Position numbers and translations under genes: made by a program
Assembly (NCBI GenBank): GCA_002633005.1
Contig: NMRA01000187.1
Coordinates: 305,740-369,739, forward strand
Length of the DNA: 64,000 nucleotides
Direction of reading: 5' to 3'
From: Phoronis australis
Taxonomy: Eukaryota; Animalia; Phoronida
Shown here: in pieces, positions 36,401 to 48,060 of the stretch
Layout: each line of letters begins with the position of its first letter
Position numbering within the stretch: the stretch's first letter is position 1
The notes under the pieces: generated by a model
Seen by the model: the letters and a program-made list of their open reading frames with translations, nothing else
Told to the model about the DNA's origin: nothing
The model's database searches: none

Positions 36401-39400
36401 ATTGACAGCAGTCACTGAATCAGATGACGCCACGTACCTTTACTTTGTCAATCGCGTTTTCCAGCATGTGCCTAATTGTCGATACCGCTACCTGTACCAT
36501 CGTCTTTTCTAATGGGCGCAAGTTGGAAATGTCGCCAATACCAACGGCAAGTTCTCCGGCTACAGCGACATCTGTTGCCGTTAAGGTGGACCCTCCAAAA
36601 ATCAAGGCCTCTGTGTTTAACTTGTAGCCAACTGACTTTGGTCCAATAGTGACTTTACCGGACTTCAAATAAAGTAAGAAATACAGTGTACATGTGCATA
36701 GTTGACTTCAATGGGTGCGCTACAAGTGTCATTTGTCATCAAATTCAAAATACCGTGGGCCCATTACAATTTCCATGCCTGTTCGTATCAGTCGATGCTG
36801 TGAATATTTTCAGTTGTGTCAATTTAATCATCATAATGTTGTCAAAATGATACCAAATATTGTCTGCACCAGTTCAGGAGCTGTCTTGCGACTTGAAAAT
36901 CTAACCATGCAAATCCCGTTAGCTCATTTAAAACATACGGCAATACTTCACGTTATCACGCAGTCTTGCTTTATAACGAGTTCCCAGTGTATTTTCTAGC
37001 GTTACTGAAATGTACCCAGGTCTACTTCATTGTCCTGGACATAGCACTTTCAGACAGGTTTACAGAAAAACCAATAGTCACCACTTCGGCCACTTCGACG
37101 TTCATAAGTCAAGGAACATGACAATGCTAAATGATTGCACACAGAGTAATACAAACCTGTAGTTCTTGAACGATAGACCCGCCACCAAGTGCAACACTAA
37201 GTACATCTGGCATACGGAAGTTGGTATTGACTCCGCCAACCTAGAGTAGATATACGTTATAATCAACAACTGCAAATAGAGGAATCGTCACACAAGAACA
37301 GGATCAAGGGAATGTGTGACCCTGCGACTCAGGAAACTGATAATCCATGAGAACAGTCTTAGTCATTTTCAAAACTTAAATGGTGCAAATTACCACACTA
37401 AAATATCCAAAAATAACGCGTTGAAGACTTAAGTATTCTGAAACAAGAAGCTGTGATGTACCCGCCTGTTTTCTCGACTAGTACCATACCTTAACTCTAG
37501 TCGAAGCTTCTCTTGGAAATCCGTTCTTGATGACACCAACATCTGTTGTTGTACCCCCTATGTCGACTACAATGGCGTCCTTCAACCCAGACAGGAAGAC
37601 AGCACCGCGCATGCTGTTTGTTGCACCAGAAGCGAAAGTGTTGACAGGAAGCCTCATGGCATCTTTTGCACTGAAAATATAAGCTGCTTTAAGCCTTGTT
37701 AAAAACATAATTTCTTTACAGGCATATGTGCTCTGCCAAGGCAACGCCATTGCATCCTTATCCTTTAATCGAAGTCTATCACGTGTGCTTCAAATATGTC
37801 TCCTCTCAATGTGGGTTAATAATCGACAATATTGAAGGTTTACCATTCATTCAAAACATGGTATGGTAATCCAGCTCATAACTGACGTTTTATCCAAGGA
37901 ATGACTGCGTGCTGGCGACAAGTATCAAAACAAAACGCACATGTAGTACATGTACTTTCGATTGCTATTCGAACAAGCTACATAGAAGTACAAGGTACCT
38001 TATCAGCGTGCCATCATTCTGAGTCAGATAGAAGGGACAACACAGTCCAAGGCTGTCAAAGGCCGACTTAAAGCTGGCAATAGTTTCTTCGCAGAGAGAC
38101 TTCAAACTCTCGTTGAGAACTGAGGCGTTTTCACGTTCGAGTATTCCGATGTTCCCTATGGTGTGTGAGCACGTGATCGAGAAATCTGCATATTCATGCC
38201 TTAGCCAACTGGCAACTGTTTCCTCTTGATCAGACTTCAACGACGAGAACATACCTGCAGAAGGAATTTGGTCAATAAATCCAATTTGAGCTCAAACAAT
38301 TGTGTAAAGGCGTTTTTAGAAAACTATGCTTTAAGTTCAGCATTATTGCATGGAATACAGAGTGTCAAATCACGCAGGTTTGTTTAAATGTAAAGTTGTG
38401 TTTAAATTGGGTTCTTTGCTCAGATTCGGTACAAACAAGTTGGCTCACGGGCTTGATATATTTTTCATTTTACAGCAACCATAGGCATAAAAATCCAAGA
38501 ATCATTAAGACAAACAGGTGGTGTATTACAAAGCAAATGGACATTTACACTTACCTGATACTACAACGTTTCGTATTCCCTTCTCGTAGATGTCGCGCGC
38601 TACGGATCTCACTTCCGCCTCGTGAAGTTCCGTCACAACCGATGCGTCGTAATGAAACCCTCCGCTCACCATGTAAGAATTGACGTTAAGCAATTCACTG
38701 AATTCGTCAGGGAAGTCACTGAACGGAGGAAGAGAACGCGTAGCAGGACCGCACAAACGAATTAAAGCAACGGACGAGAGTTTAGTAGACCTTTGAACCG
38801 TGGCATTCATAAAATGGGTTGTACCAATACTGACATGGTGAACATGTTCGGCGCGATAGTTCGCCGGCAGGCTAGCAAAAGCCTTCTCGATAGCGTTCAC
38901 CACGCCGGATGTGACGTCAGACGTAGTTTCCACTTTCTGCCATGCTACAACATCNCTTCAAACTCTCGTTGAGAACTGAGGCGTTTTCACGTTCGAGTAT
39001 TCCGATGTTGCCTATGGTGTGTGAGCACGTGATCGAGAAATCTGCATATTCATGCCTTAGCCAACTGGCAACTGTTTCCTCTTGATCTGACTTCAACGAC
39101 GAGAACATACCTGCAGAAGGAATTTGGTCAATAAATCCAATTTGAGCTCAAAAAATTGTGTAAAGGCGATTTTAGAAAACCATGCTTTAAGTTCAGCATT
39201 ATTGCATGGAATACAGTGTGTCAAATCACGCAGGTTTGTTTAAATGTAAAGTTGTGTTTAAATTGGGTTCTTTGCTCAGATTCGGTACAAACAATTTGGC
39301 TTACGGGATTGACATATTTTTCATTTTACAGCAACCATAGGCATAAAAATCCAAGAATCATTAAGACAAACAGGTCGTGTATTACAAAGCAAATGGACAT

Positions 39401-39885
39401 TTACACTTACCTGATACTACAACGTTTCGTATTCCCTTCTCGTAGATGTCGCGCGCTACGGATCTCACTTCCGCCTCGTGAAGTTCCGTCACAACCGATG
39501 CGTCGTAATGAAACCCTCCGCTCACCATGTAAGAATTGACGTTAAGCAATTCACTGAATTCTTCAGGGAAGTCACTGAACGGAGGAAGAGAACGCGTAGC
39601 AGGACCGCACAAACGAATTAAAGCAACGGACGAGAGTTTAGTAGACCTTTGAACCGTGGCATTCATAAAATGGGTTGTACCAATACTGACATGGTGAACA
39701 TGTTCGGCGCGATAGTTCGCCGGCAGGCTAGCAAAAGCCTTCTCGATAGCGTTCACCACGCCGGATGTGACGTCAGACGTAGTTTCCACTTTCTGCCATG
39801 CTACAACATCTGCTCCAAACAATATGGCGGCGTCTGTGTTCGTTCCACCAACGTCAACTCCGACGCACAGTTTGCCTTCAGACAT
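24472..39885 (-). CDS. Hydantoinase A/oxoprolinase-family N-terminal region fused to DUF917, about 981 aa, 14 coding exons
   Basis: Exons 39885-39411, 38254-37999, 37670-37490, 37240-37157, 36662-36438, 35538-35428, 34885-34603, 34416-34285, 34016-33894, 33503-33298, 33165-32965, 31933-31854, 25310-25127 and 24876-24472. All are GT-AG with consistent phases and sum to 2946 bp. Hydantoinase motifs: GVDVGGTNTD, IGTTHFMNA, LERENASVLN, TQNDGT, VDIGGTTTD, NFRMPD..ALGGGS, ANAVGAA. DUF917 motifs: GCGGGGSPY, EIGGINS, DADGMGRAFPELQM, FQNE, VPD. Confidence 0.9.
25365..25645. repeat. Degenerate minisatellite with a unit of about 30 bp
   Basis: Recurring ggtgaccaatcactaag..catgat.taat units at the start of intron 12. 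Confidence 0.8.
26163..30917 (+). mobile_element. Apparently autonomous hAT transposon with a 5-bp TSD (hAT5-like), 4755 bp, antisense within a hydantoinase intron
   Basis: TIRs cagggccgtaggaag and cttcctacgggcctg match at 14 of 15 positions. Direct repeat CTTTC at 26158-26162 and 30918-30922. G/C-rich subterminal tracts. Intact transposase ORF. Confidence 0.92.
26588..30590 (+). CDS. OTU/vertnin-like protease domain fused to a hAT transposase (TTF zinc finger, DUF4371, hATC dimerization domain), about 1174 aa after splicing
   Basis: Exons 26588-26903 and 27382-30590 (phase 1) splice to GDGNCLFRAASLCITG/DESLHVTLR. Transposase motifs: RQFQKQWF..WPWL, CHIC, FLARQGIPFRG, YTSPDIQNE, ADETTD, CYDG, HCYGH, TRW, SSERAFS.LRRVKSYLRSTM. 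AATAAA at about 30597. The start codon is uncertain. Confidence 0.9.
38100..39810. other. 855-bp tandem duplication across a single N (38955); probable uncollapsed allelic overlap
   Basis: 38100-38954 matches 38956-39810 with scattered substitutions. Both copies break mid-exon exactly at the N. Confidence 0.85.
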
Positions 39886-39904
39886 TCTGAAATGACGACA
39901 TAAT

Positions 39905-42250
39905 CAGCCGATTTCATAAAGGTGGTTTAAGACACAGGTTTTAGACATAAAACTGAACTTCTTAAACATGGTCTAATTTTAGACCTAACTTGGATTTCAC
40001 CAACGTGGTTTAAAAGTCTGAAAGCCTGGTTTTGTTAGACCAGGGAGCCGGTTTAACCAGGTTTAAAACATCTAAGTCACCCTGCTGTGTAGATCTGGAT
40101 TAACCCAACAAAGAAACTATTGCAGCCGATTTCATCAAGGTGATTTAAATTTAAACCTGGTTTAAACTGGACATAGACCAGATTTAAAGGTAATCTGCAT
40201 TTCATAAAAGTGATTTAACTTTTAGACCAGTGGTCTAGTAAAACCTGGTTTAACTGCAGTTTAGACCTGGACTAAGTCAGTTTTCATTTCAGCAACGAGG
40301 TCTATATTCCTTAGACTTGTATTAAGGTCTTAAACCATGTTTAACTTTAGACTCCGTCAAACCCAGGTTTAATACTATTAAATATGGCAGACTTGTACAT
40401 GTACGATATAGTTGCAACTGAATGATTCTGGGGTGTACATTTACGACACCGTTTTAGAGCAAGAACGGACTATTTTCAATATTCTGTTTAGGACGACACA
40501 AGATCAAACGTAAAATTGAGGGGGATTTTTTAAAGGGGAGAGAGTCGGATCAAGGATTTTTAAAAGGAGGGCCTGGGTCAGCAAGTTGAAAATTAGAGTT
40601 TAAATATCACTCTAATGATTAATTATTCTGGCATGCAAGATCCATCTCAATTGGTCCCCGATATAAATTTGCCGGGCAGGGGTCCTGTCCCAGTGGTGGA
40701 TTTAGAGGGGGGCCAAGGGGGTCATAGCCCCCTAAAATTCTCCCCGATTACATTTGGAAGTTCTGCGGTCCGAACGTCTGACAGGCAAAATCCTGGCTAA
40801 TACTCTGCTCTGGCCCCCTAACTCAAAATCCTGGATCCAAGCTTGTGCCCCTCCATTAGACCGAAAAAAGTAAAATGACACGAAAATTAACGGGTGCATT
40901 TACTATGTTGCAGTTAATCGTGAACAAGTACTTTAATGTGTGTACTTGTGTTGGACACAGACAATACAAAATAAAAAAGATCTCTTCATGATATCCTAGA
41001 TCTACCACTGGGTCCCTCGCCGTTTTTCTTCGAAATTGTTTTCACTGATGAAATTTTCTTTCTGGCCTTTATTTTGGCCTTTATTCTGGATCAATATCTT
41101 TCCAAACCTGCCGCTTACGTTGACTTGTTTGGCACCAGTTTTCTTGTTCTCGACTATGACATTGGCTTTTCCTCTGATCAGTTGTGGGAGGGAACAGTTT
41201 TCCTCTTGAGAAAAGCTTTTAGCTCCTTTTCGCAAATGTCTGCAATGTTTCTGCTGTTGCGTGCCTTTCTGTACCCACGTGGTCAAGGTTTCATTGAGGC
41301 ACTACAATAGTGTCTTTGTTGGGTTAATCCAGATCAACACAGTAGGGTGGCTTGGATACTTTAAACCCTACTTTTACTAAACCCACTTCATGGTCTAACA
41401 AAATCAGACTATCAGACTCTTAAACCATGTTGGTGAAATGCAAGTTAGCTCTAAAATTAGACCAGGTTTAGGTTTTGTTAAAGCACCTTTGTGAAATCGA
41501 CTGTTCGATTGCTTCAATGAAACCTTGATCACGTGTGTAAGGCAGTGGCACACACAAGTAGATCAATACAGACATTTGCAAAAAAGTTATAAGAGCTTTT
41601 CTCATGTGAAAAAAATGTAATCTCTTAGCCCAACACACGTACACACATTAAAGTACATGCTCACGATTAGCCACAATATAACAAATGTCCAAAGTTAATT
41701 CCGTGCCATTTTGGTGATTATTTTTCGCGGTCAACGGGCAAAGGGGTCAAGACCCCTTCCCGACAACATTAAATCGGAGACCAATGGAGGTGGAACTCCG
41801 AAGAATCAGAAGATGCTTTCTTCAGTCAAACCTGTAGCGCTTACGACGACGACGCCCAGCTCGACCAGTCAAGGTATTCTGAGGAATCCGAAAGACACCA
41901 TCCAGCACGTACTGGTCTACACATAGATCGATCCACGGGGGTCAAGGGATCCGCCAAACCCCCTTTTCCCTTGAATTTAGTGATATCAGGTCTATACTTT
42001 TCAAATTATTGAATTGGTTTCCCTTTTAAAAGTCCTTTACCGACCCCCTTAAAATTGTGGATCCGCCCCTGCTACGTCTGATCTTGTGTCGTCGTAAAAC
42101 TGAATATTGAGATTAGTCCATTTCCGCTCTAAAACTGCGTTGTAAATGCCCACCGCGGCATCATTGATTTGCAACTACATGTACATCATGCAAATTTTGT
42201 CATACTTAGAGGTTAAACCTGGGTCATATCAAGTCTTAAGTTAAACCTGG
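39905..42250 (-). mobile_element. Outer, inverted copy of an internally deleted PIF/Harbinger element
   Basis: 39905-40120 is the reverse complement of about 41310-41503. 41504-41740 and 41940-42250 are reverse complements of about 40860-41310 and 40330-40620. Confidence 0.65.
40123..41503 (+). mobile_element. Internally deleted PIF/Harbinger transposon
   Basis: TIRs cagccgatttcatcaaggtg and cacctttgtgaaatcgactg. HARBI1-like N-terminal relic RHRFRARTDYFQY (+, about 40440-40485). Convergent Myb/SANT-like relic AKSFSQEE..L.QLI....VENKKTGA (-, about 41130-41230). Confidence 0.7.
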
Positions 42251-44467
42251 TGGCGTTCCCGTTCCGTACGAAAGGGGGGCATGTTGTAGATCTGCTTCCG
42301 GACGGTGAATCACATGAGCCTCGGTTAGCTACTCGCTAACGGGCAATTGCCTATTAGCTGAATGGTTAGCACGCTTGCCGGTTTTATGGGGGTCGCTGAT
42401 TCGATACTCGGGTCGGATAATCTCGGCTATTACTACAGTAACTTCACGGAGAGAATGGTTCAAACGTATTGTTTTGCTTTGTAGCGACGTTTCATGGGAA
42501 TGTCGGTAGTTGCTTTTGCAGAACACTACGCGATTACAAGCAGCATGTTGACATACCCCGATATTATATCTCTGCATACAAGAATTTAGCGTTCTGCCGG
42601 TATTCTGTATCGATAAAACCTGCTGAGAATTGACAAGCTCCAAATCCACAAATGCGCTGTAAAATTAACCCTTATCCTTTAAGGAGCATGGTCGAGTCCC
42701 CATGTGGGAGTGTTTCACGCTCATAAAGCTGATATTGACCTCAGTTTACCAACTGCCTCATCATGGTACGCGCAGGTGTAACGTGACGAGAAGAGTCACA
42801 GGTGACTCGCTGTTTAGGTATAGGCCGCCTATCTGGGAAAGAACATACCTGTATGTTTACTGCAGCCTTGCGTTCGGGTTGAATGAAGTGACTTAGTATG
42901 AAATGTTTTTAAACGATGACCTGACCTACATTTATTCATTACTGACCTGATAACCTGCTTCTTTGTGCCGGGTTGATGTCGGTCGTGCTGACTAGGAAAA
43001 CAGATCGGGCTATATTAGACTCGATCCAGTGAACAGGGCTCATTAAAATAGCAATTCAGTGACAAATAAGCATAGCAATTCATTGTACAAGCAAAACATT
43101 GGTAACACTGAAGACCTCAATGAACCATTACATGGATTCCGGTCCTGACCAACAATTTCCATAACGTACGTTAAAAGGGTCTTATAGGGCATTTGAATTC
43201 TCCGAATTGAAAGGGGGTCCTCAGATCCCCGGTACGCCGGGGAGCAAGTTCCCGCAGGCCATTTGCCGAACAATACGATAATACTTCCAACGGCATGACA
43301 GAAGGAGTTTAAAGTTAAAGCTAACGCTGTGCACGAATCCTAATACACACTTAGATTCTATAAACGTCCAACCAGCCTGGCCTAAACCGCCGGAGTGTAC
43401 CAGTGGCCTGGCAACACCCAGCGCTACCTATAGTGAAACATTGCGTCACCCAGTGGAAGCACGCAAACCATTTAATTAATGACTCGAAATTTCAACAATA
43501 GGCATTCAGATATATACGATGACCCAAAGATGGCACTGTGTGTTTCTTTTTCAATCATCCCAGGATATCGAGATCACGACTTATTTTTCCGAGAATCAGT
43601 GCCGGAAAAAAGACGACACAACAAATAGTTAGAGGTTTGGGCCTGTCGACCTCAGTTGGACAACAATAATAATTCAAACACCCACGAAGGTCTCTCAAAA
43701 TTTAACGGGAACAGTTTAAATATTGCTAAGTAGGCCTACATGTATGTGGCAGTTGACAGCTGGTAAAAGAAGGGGACATGTAGATCATGTAAAAATGAAG
43801 TGTAAATGTATATTGTACAAATGCATATAATATGGGCTGCAGACATTTTTGTACAAGAAAATAAATGTTCTAAAGTTAAGCTAATTTTTAAGCAGCATCC
43901 TTGCCGAAGAATAGCTGAGTACCACCCAAGCAAAAATTAAAGCTGGCTGTTCCTGCTTAGTTATAGTGTATTCCAAGAACAGCTTTACGCAAATGCAACT
44001 TTTAATCGTATTCCTTAAAACCTCATATTTCTGAGCCATAACATTGTGATGGGCATATCACTTTATTCAAAATTCTATGTTCTAAGTAATAAGATAGGTG
44101 ACTCAACGTTTGTAAAAGCAGGTGCAATCCTGTCTGGCGTGAAACCGCCTACAAAGCTTACGGTCCCAAAGAAAAAATCAAGTGACAAGATTAATAAAAA
44201 ACAACGAGGTTTTTAACATGATTAGAAGTCTCACACACCGTTATTAGGACAAGCAATAAAGGCCACTTACAACCTTGATCCACACAATGTACAGTAGAGC
44301 TATTAGCACGAATCATGGCAACAAATAATCAGAGACAAAGCTTATGTCTAGAACTTGTACCTGTCAATAGTTCAAACAAAATGGTATGAGGAACAAATTA
44401 ATCGCGCCACAACAGATTTACCAGTCCAACATTAATGGAATGATTTTAAAGATGTCCTTTCCCCTTA

Positions 44468-44645
44468 AAACTACAGTACTACCGAACTAGAGTACTACCA
44501 AACTACAGTACTACCAAATTACAGTACTACCAAACTACAGTACTACCAAACTAAAGTACTACCAAACTACAGTACTACCAAACTACAGTACTACCAAACT
44601 ACAGTACTACCAAATTACACTTCTACCAAACTACACTACTACCAG
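44468..44645. repeat. 16-bp minisatellite, about 11 copies
   Basis: Unit aaactacagtactacc. Confidence 0.95.
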
Positions 44646-44804
44646 GTTTGATGACTGAAAAATAGAATTAGCCCTCCTACTATTCTAAAGATGGTTTCAC
44701 ATGAAAAGCATTGTTTTCTGTTTCCAAGAATGTTCGACTTTGGATAGAGTAAAAGCTGTTAGAATTCTTTTCAACATGGCGCTGTCGCAAAAAGAAACTG
44801 AAGA

Positions 44805-45206
44805 NNNNNNNNNNNNNNNNNNNNNNNNNNNNNNNNNNNNNNNNNNNNNNNNNNNNNNNNNNNNNNNNNNNNNNNNNNNNNNNNNNNNNNNNNNNNNNNN
44901 NNNNNNNNNNNNNNNNNNNNNNNNNNNNNNNNNNNNNNNNNNNNNNNNNNNNNNNNNNNNNNNNNNNNNNNNNNNNNNNNNNNNNNNNNNNNNNNNNNNN
45001 NNNNNNNNNNNNNNNNNNNNNNNNNNNNNNNNNNNNNNNNNNNNNNNNNNNNNNNNNNNNNNNNNNNNNNNNNNNNNNNNNNNNNNNNNNNNNNNNNNNN
45101 NNNNNNNNNNNNNNNNNNNNNNNNNNNNNNNNNNNNNNNNNNNNNNNNNNNNNNNNNNNNNNNNNNNNNNNNNNNNNNNNNNNNNNNNNNNNNNNNNNNN
45201 NNNNNN
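44805..45206. other. Assembly gap
   Basis: Run of N. Confidence 1.
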
Positions 45207-47260
45207 CACCTGCAGGTAGAATACCTGCTCTCAATCGAGCTCTGACGAACCTCTGAGATACCGGCAGACGTAAATACTCTTCTATACAAGTCATTCTTAA
45301 CAGACCTATATAAGCAAAATTTTGGTTTCTTATTGATTATTTTTCATCAGTTTAACTCTTCTATCTGGAACCTGAACGTTTTGAAGCTTTCAAGAGACAC
45401 AATTTACTTATTCCTGAAATTTTCTTAAGAATCGCATTCATCCATAATTTCAAATATTGAACTTGACCAATTGCAGGAGTTCCGATGTTTTAAGTCCCAT
45501 AAAAAGACTTTTTGCAATTCTGCTTTCAACCAGAGCCTTAGCATATTTTTATTTTGTTTTTAGTGTGAATTTGGCCATCCTGAGTCCCCATAAAGTACTG
45601 CATTGGCATCATACTTGTGGACCCCTAAAAATATACGTAGTGCACTCGTTCTGATCATTTTGCATTTGGAATATTGAGAGTATCTCCCAAATTCCAGACC
45701 AATATTCTACAATTGAAGCAACTGACATTTCAAAACATTTACTTTTACTTGTGAAACCCATGTTACCAATATTCCAGTTTGTACTTGCTCACCAGATCTC
45801 CCAACGCTCTAGATGAGGAATCTGCCAGTATCTCAGCTGTCAAACTGGAATTCATAAACTCATTTATAATTACACCCAGAAACTTATAACATTCTCTTAA
45901 CTTCACAATGCGATCGTAAAAAATGAAGGAAATTAAAACTCGTTCTTACATGTCCCTTCTTGCAAAAATGAACCAAAAAAGTAAAGACATTGGCCACCTT
46001 GCACACCAATTGCTCAACACGTTCAATAAATCCTTTAAATAGGTCGCATTACCAGAAAAAAATCACAATATCATTTGCATACAAGAGACAGGATAAATTA
46101 CATCCATCAAAATTGATATTTTTACTACAACTGTTTAAATCATTAATCAAATCATTTAAGTAAATTGAAAACAATGCAGTCGACAATTGATGTCCCTGCC
46201 TAACCCCTCTTTGTACTTTTTTAAATGTTTATTACGAAATCTTCAGAATACAATGAATATACATAACACAGAAAGCGTCAAGAGGCATTAGATCTGGGTC
46301 AAAAATACAAATAAGTCTATATACAGTTATTATACACGAATACATCAATTAAAAATGATGTTAAGATTACAATGATATACATGATTACAATGATATACAT
46401 GATTACGATGATATACATGATTACGATGATATACATGATTACGGTGATATACATGATTACGATGATATACATGATTACAATGATATACATGATTACGATG
46501 ATATACATGATTACGGTGACATACATGATTACGATGATATACATGATTACAATGATATACATGATTACGATGATATACATGATTACGATGATATACATGA
46601 TTACAATGATATACATGATTACGATGATATACATGATTATGATGATATACATGATTACAATGATATACATGATTACGAATGTAAATAATTCATTTGCATA
46701 CACATGTATACAATTCTATCCACTCACACAAAGAGAATTAATGTTATTAATAAATTCTGATACTATTTCGAATAAAACCTTATTTTCATTTAAATTGAGT
46801 TCCTGACATCCATATAGAAAAAAAAATGTTGTACATTTGTGGAATTTCAGACATTTTTTTTTAAACATTGGGGTGTTGTTCGAGTGTCTGGAAAAGCTGT
46901 ACCCTCTGCTCCTTGCAGTTGGAAAAACTTGACTGACCTAATTGTACGCAGGCTTCGGTCTGGGCATACAACGATTTTACTGAGTGATAGGAATTTCCAA
47001 CCACTCCTAAATTAATTTTTCCAATAAAACGTTTAAATTCTATCTAAATGGTCAAAAGTTCGTTCCATATCGACGCATATCGCAAACGTTGGTCTATTAA
47101 AAGCTATTCTATTTCTAACAGTAGACGTAAGTGTAAACACGAGGTCAAAACAAAACCCCCCTTTTCGAAAACCATTTTGTTCTACATTCAGTCTTTGTTT
47201 GACATTCAGAAACTCAGTTGATCTCCTATTTAGTTCAATACAATACACTTTACTCGCGCA
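45207..47260 (-). mobile_element. Decayed non-LTR retrotransposon (reverse transcriptase and 3' region)
   Basis: EQNGFRKG..C.D.VFTL..TFAICVDMERTFD (about 47040-47185), RGVRQGHQLSTALFSIYLNDL (about 46150-46212), LLYANDIV (decayed YADD, about 46065-46088) and RARLRAGILP (about 45210-45245). Interrupted by a minisatellite. Confidence 0.8.
46365..46678. repeat. 18-bp minisatellite, about 17 copies
   Basis: Unit gattacRatgatatacat. Confidence 0.97.
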
Positions 47261-47589
47261 GACTTGTGCCCCTATACATGTAGTTGAACGGGAAATTGCA
47301 AGAAAATGATGACAAACCCAGAAATCGCAAAGCATTATATCTGGGATGTAAACATTTCATAAATGAAACTAATATACATAGAGGTTTATACATGAAAGTA
47401 GTATCTAATACAGATATTTAGATATGCGAACATATAAAAACAAAAACATGTACAGATTTATGTAGGGAAATCAGATACAGCAATATTGATAAACGGTACA
47501 TAAAAATTTGCTAACGTTGCTTAGGAGGAATTCAAATCCCTATCTAATCCTTTCGCTATAGGGGTGATAATCGCTTTATACCATCATGA

Positions 47590-48060
47590 CAGAGTAAATC
47601 CAGTGCTAAAGACCTTTTGGAAGAGCGAGACCAAAATATTAATCACCTCTGGAGATCTCATCGCTTCGTATGGGATCCCATCTATACCAGTGGCTTACCC
47701 GATTTTTAAATTAATTTGCGTATAACAGAACAGACTTCAAAAAAACGAAATACTTTTTCCAGTACTTCTTTTGATGATATGTTTGATTTCATAAACCGAC
47801 AAACTTGATTATATATTCGTGCACCACAAACGTGGCTTAGTTGGGAAACGAGAAACTATACGAATCATTCTTTCTGCTGTCGCTCCAGATGGTGTAGCAA
47901 TGCAACGCTCCAGAAGACTGTTTGCGTACAGCGACACACAGGAAAATTATCGAGATACCGAGATAATTATATTAGGGTCTCAAGATCCTGAGGTAATATT
48001 TGTCTATAGATCTCTCTGTAGATTGCCGCCATTTTGTTATGCGCAAAGGCTTCTAGGGAT
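47590..48060 (+). mobile_element. Decayed IS3EU/integrase-like DNA transposase fragment
   Basis: HKRGLVGKRETIRIILSAVAPDGVAMQRSRRL resembles the GL.V.RETVR.IL..DP.GV..R..RRL motif that precedes the catalytic core of these elements. Confidence 0.45.

Noticed and set aside
38100-39810. Genuine tandem duplication of hydantoinase exons 1-2
   Set aside because: Both copies are cut mid-exon exactly at a single N, and the same pattern recurs at other N joins. An assembly artefact from allelic overlap is the simplest explanation.
44680-45294. Long ORFs spanning N runs (also 51374-52053)
   Set aside because: They are artefacts of translating assembly gaps.
46317-46806. ORFs encoding (MIYMIT)n or (IVIMYI)n repeat proteins
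   Set aside because: They are by-products of a stop-free 18-bp minisatellite lying inside a dead LINE.
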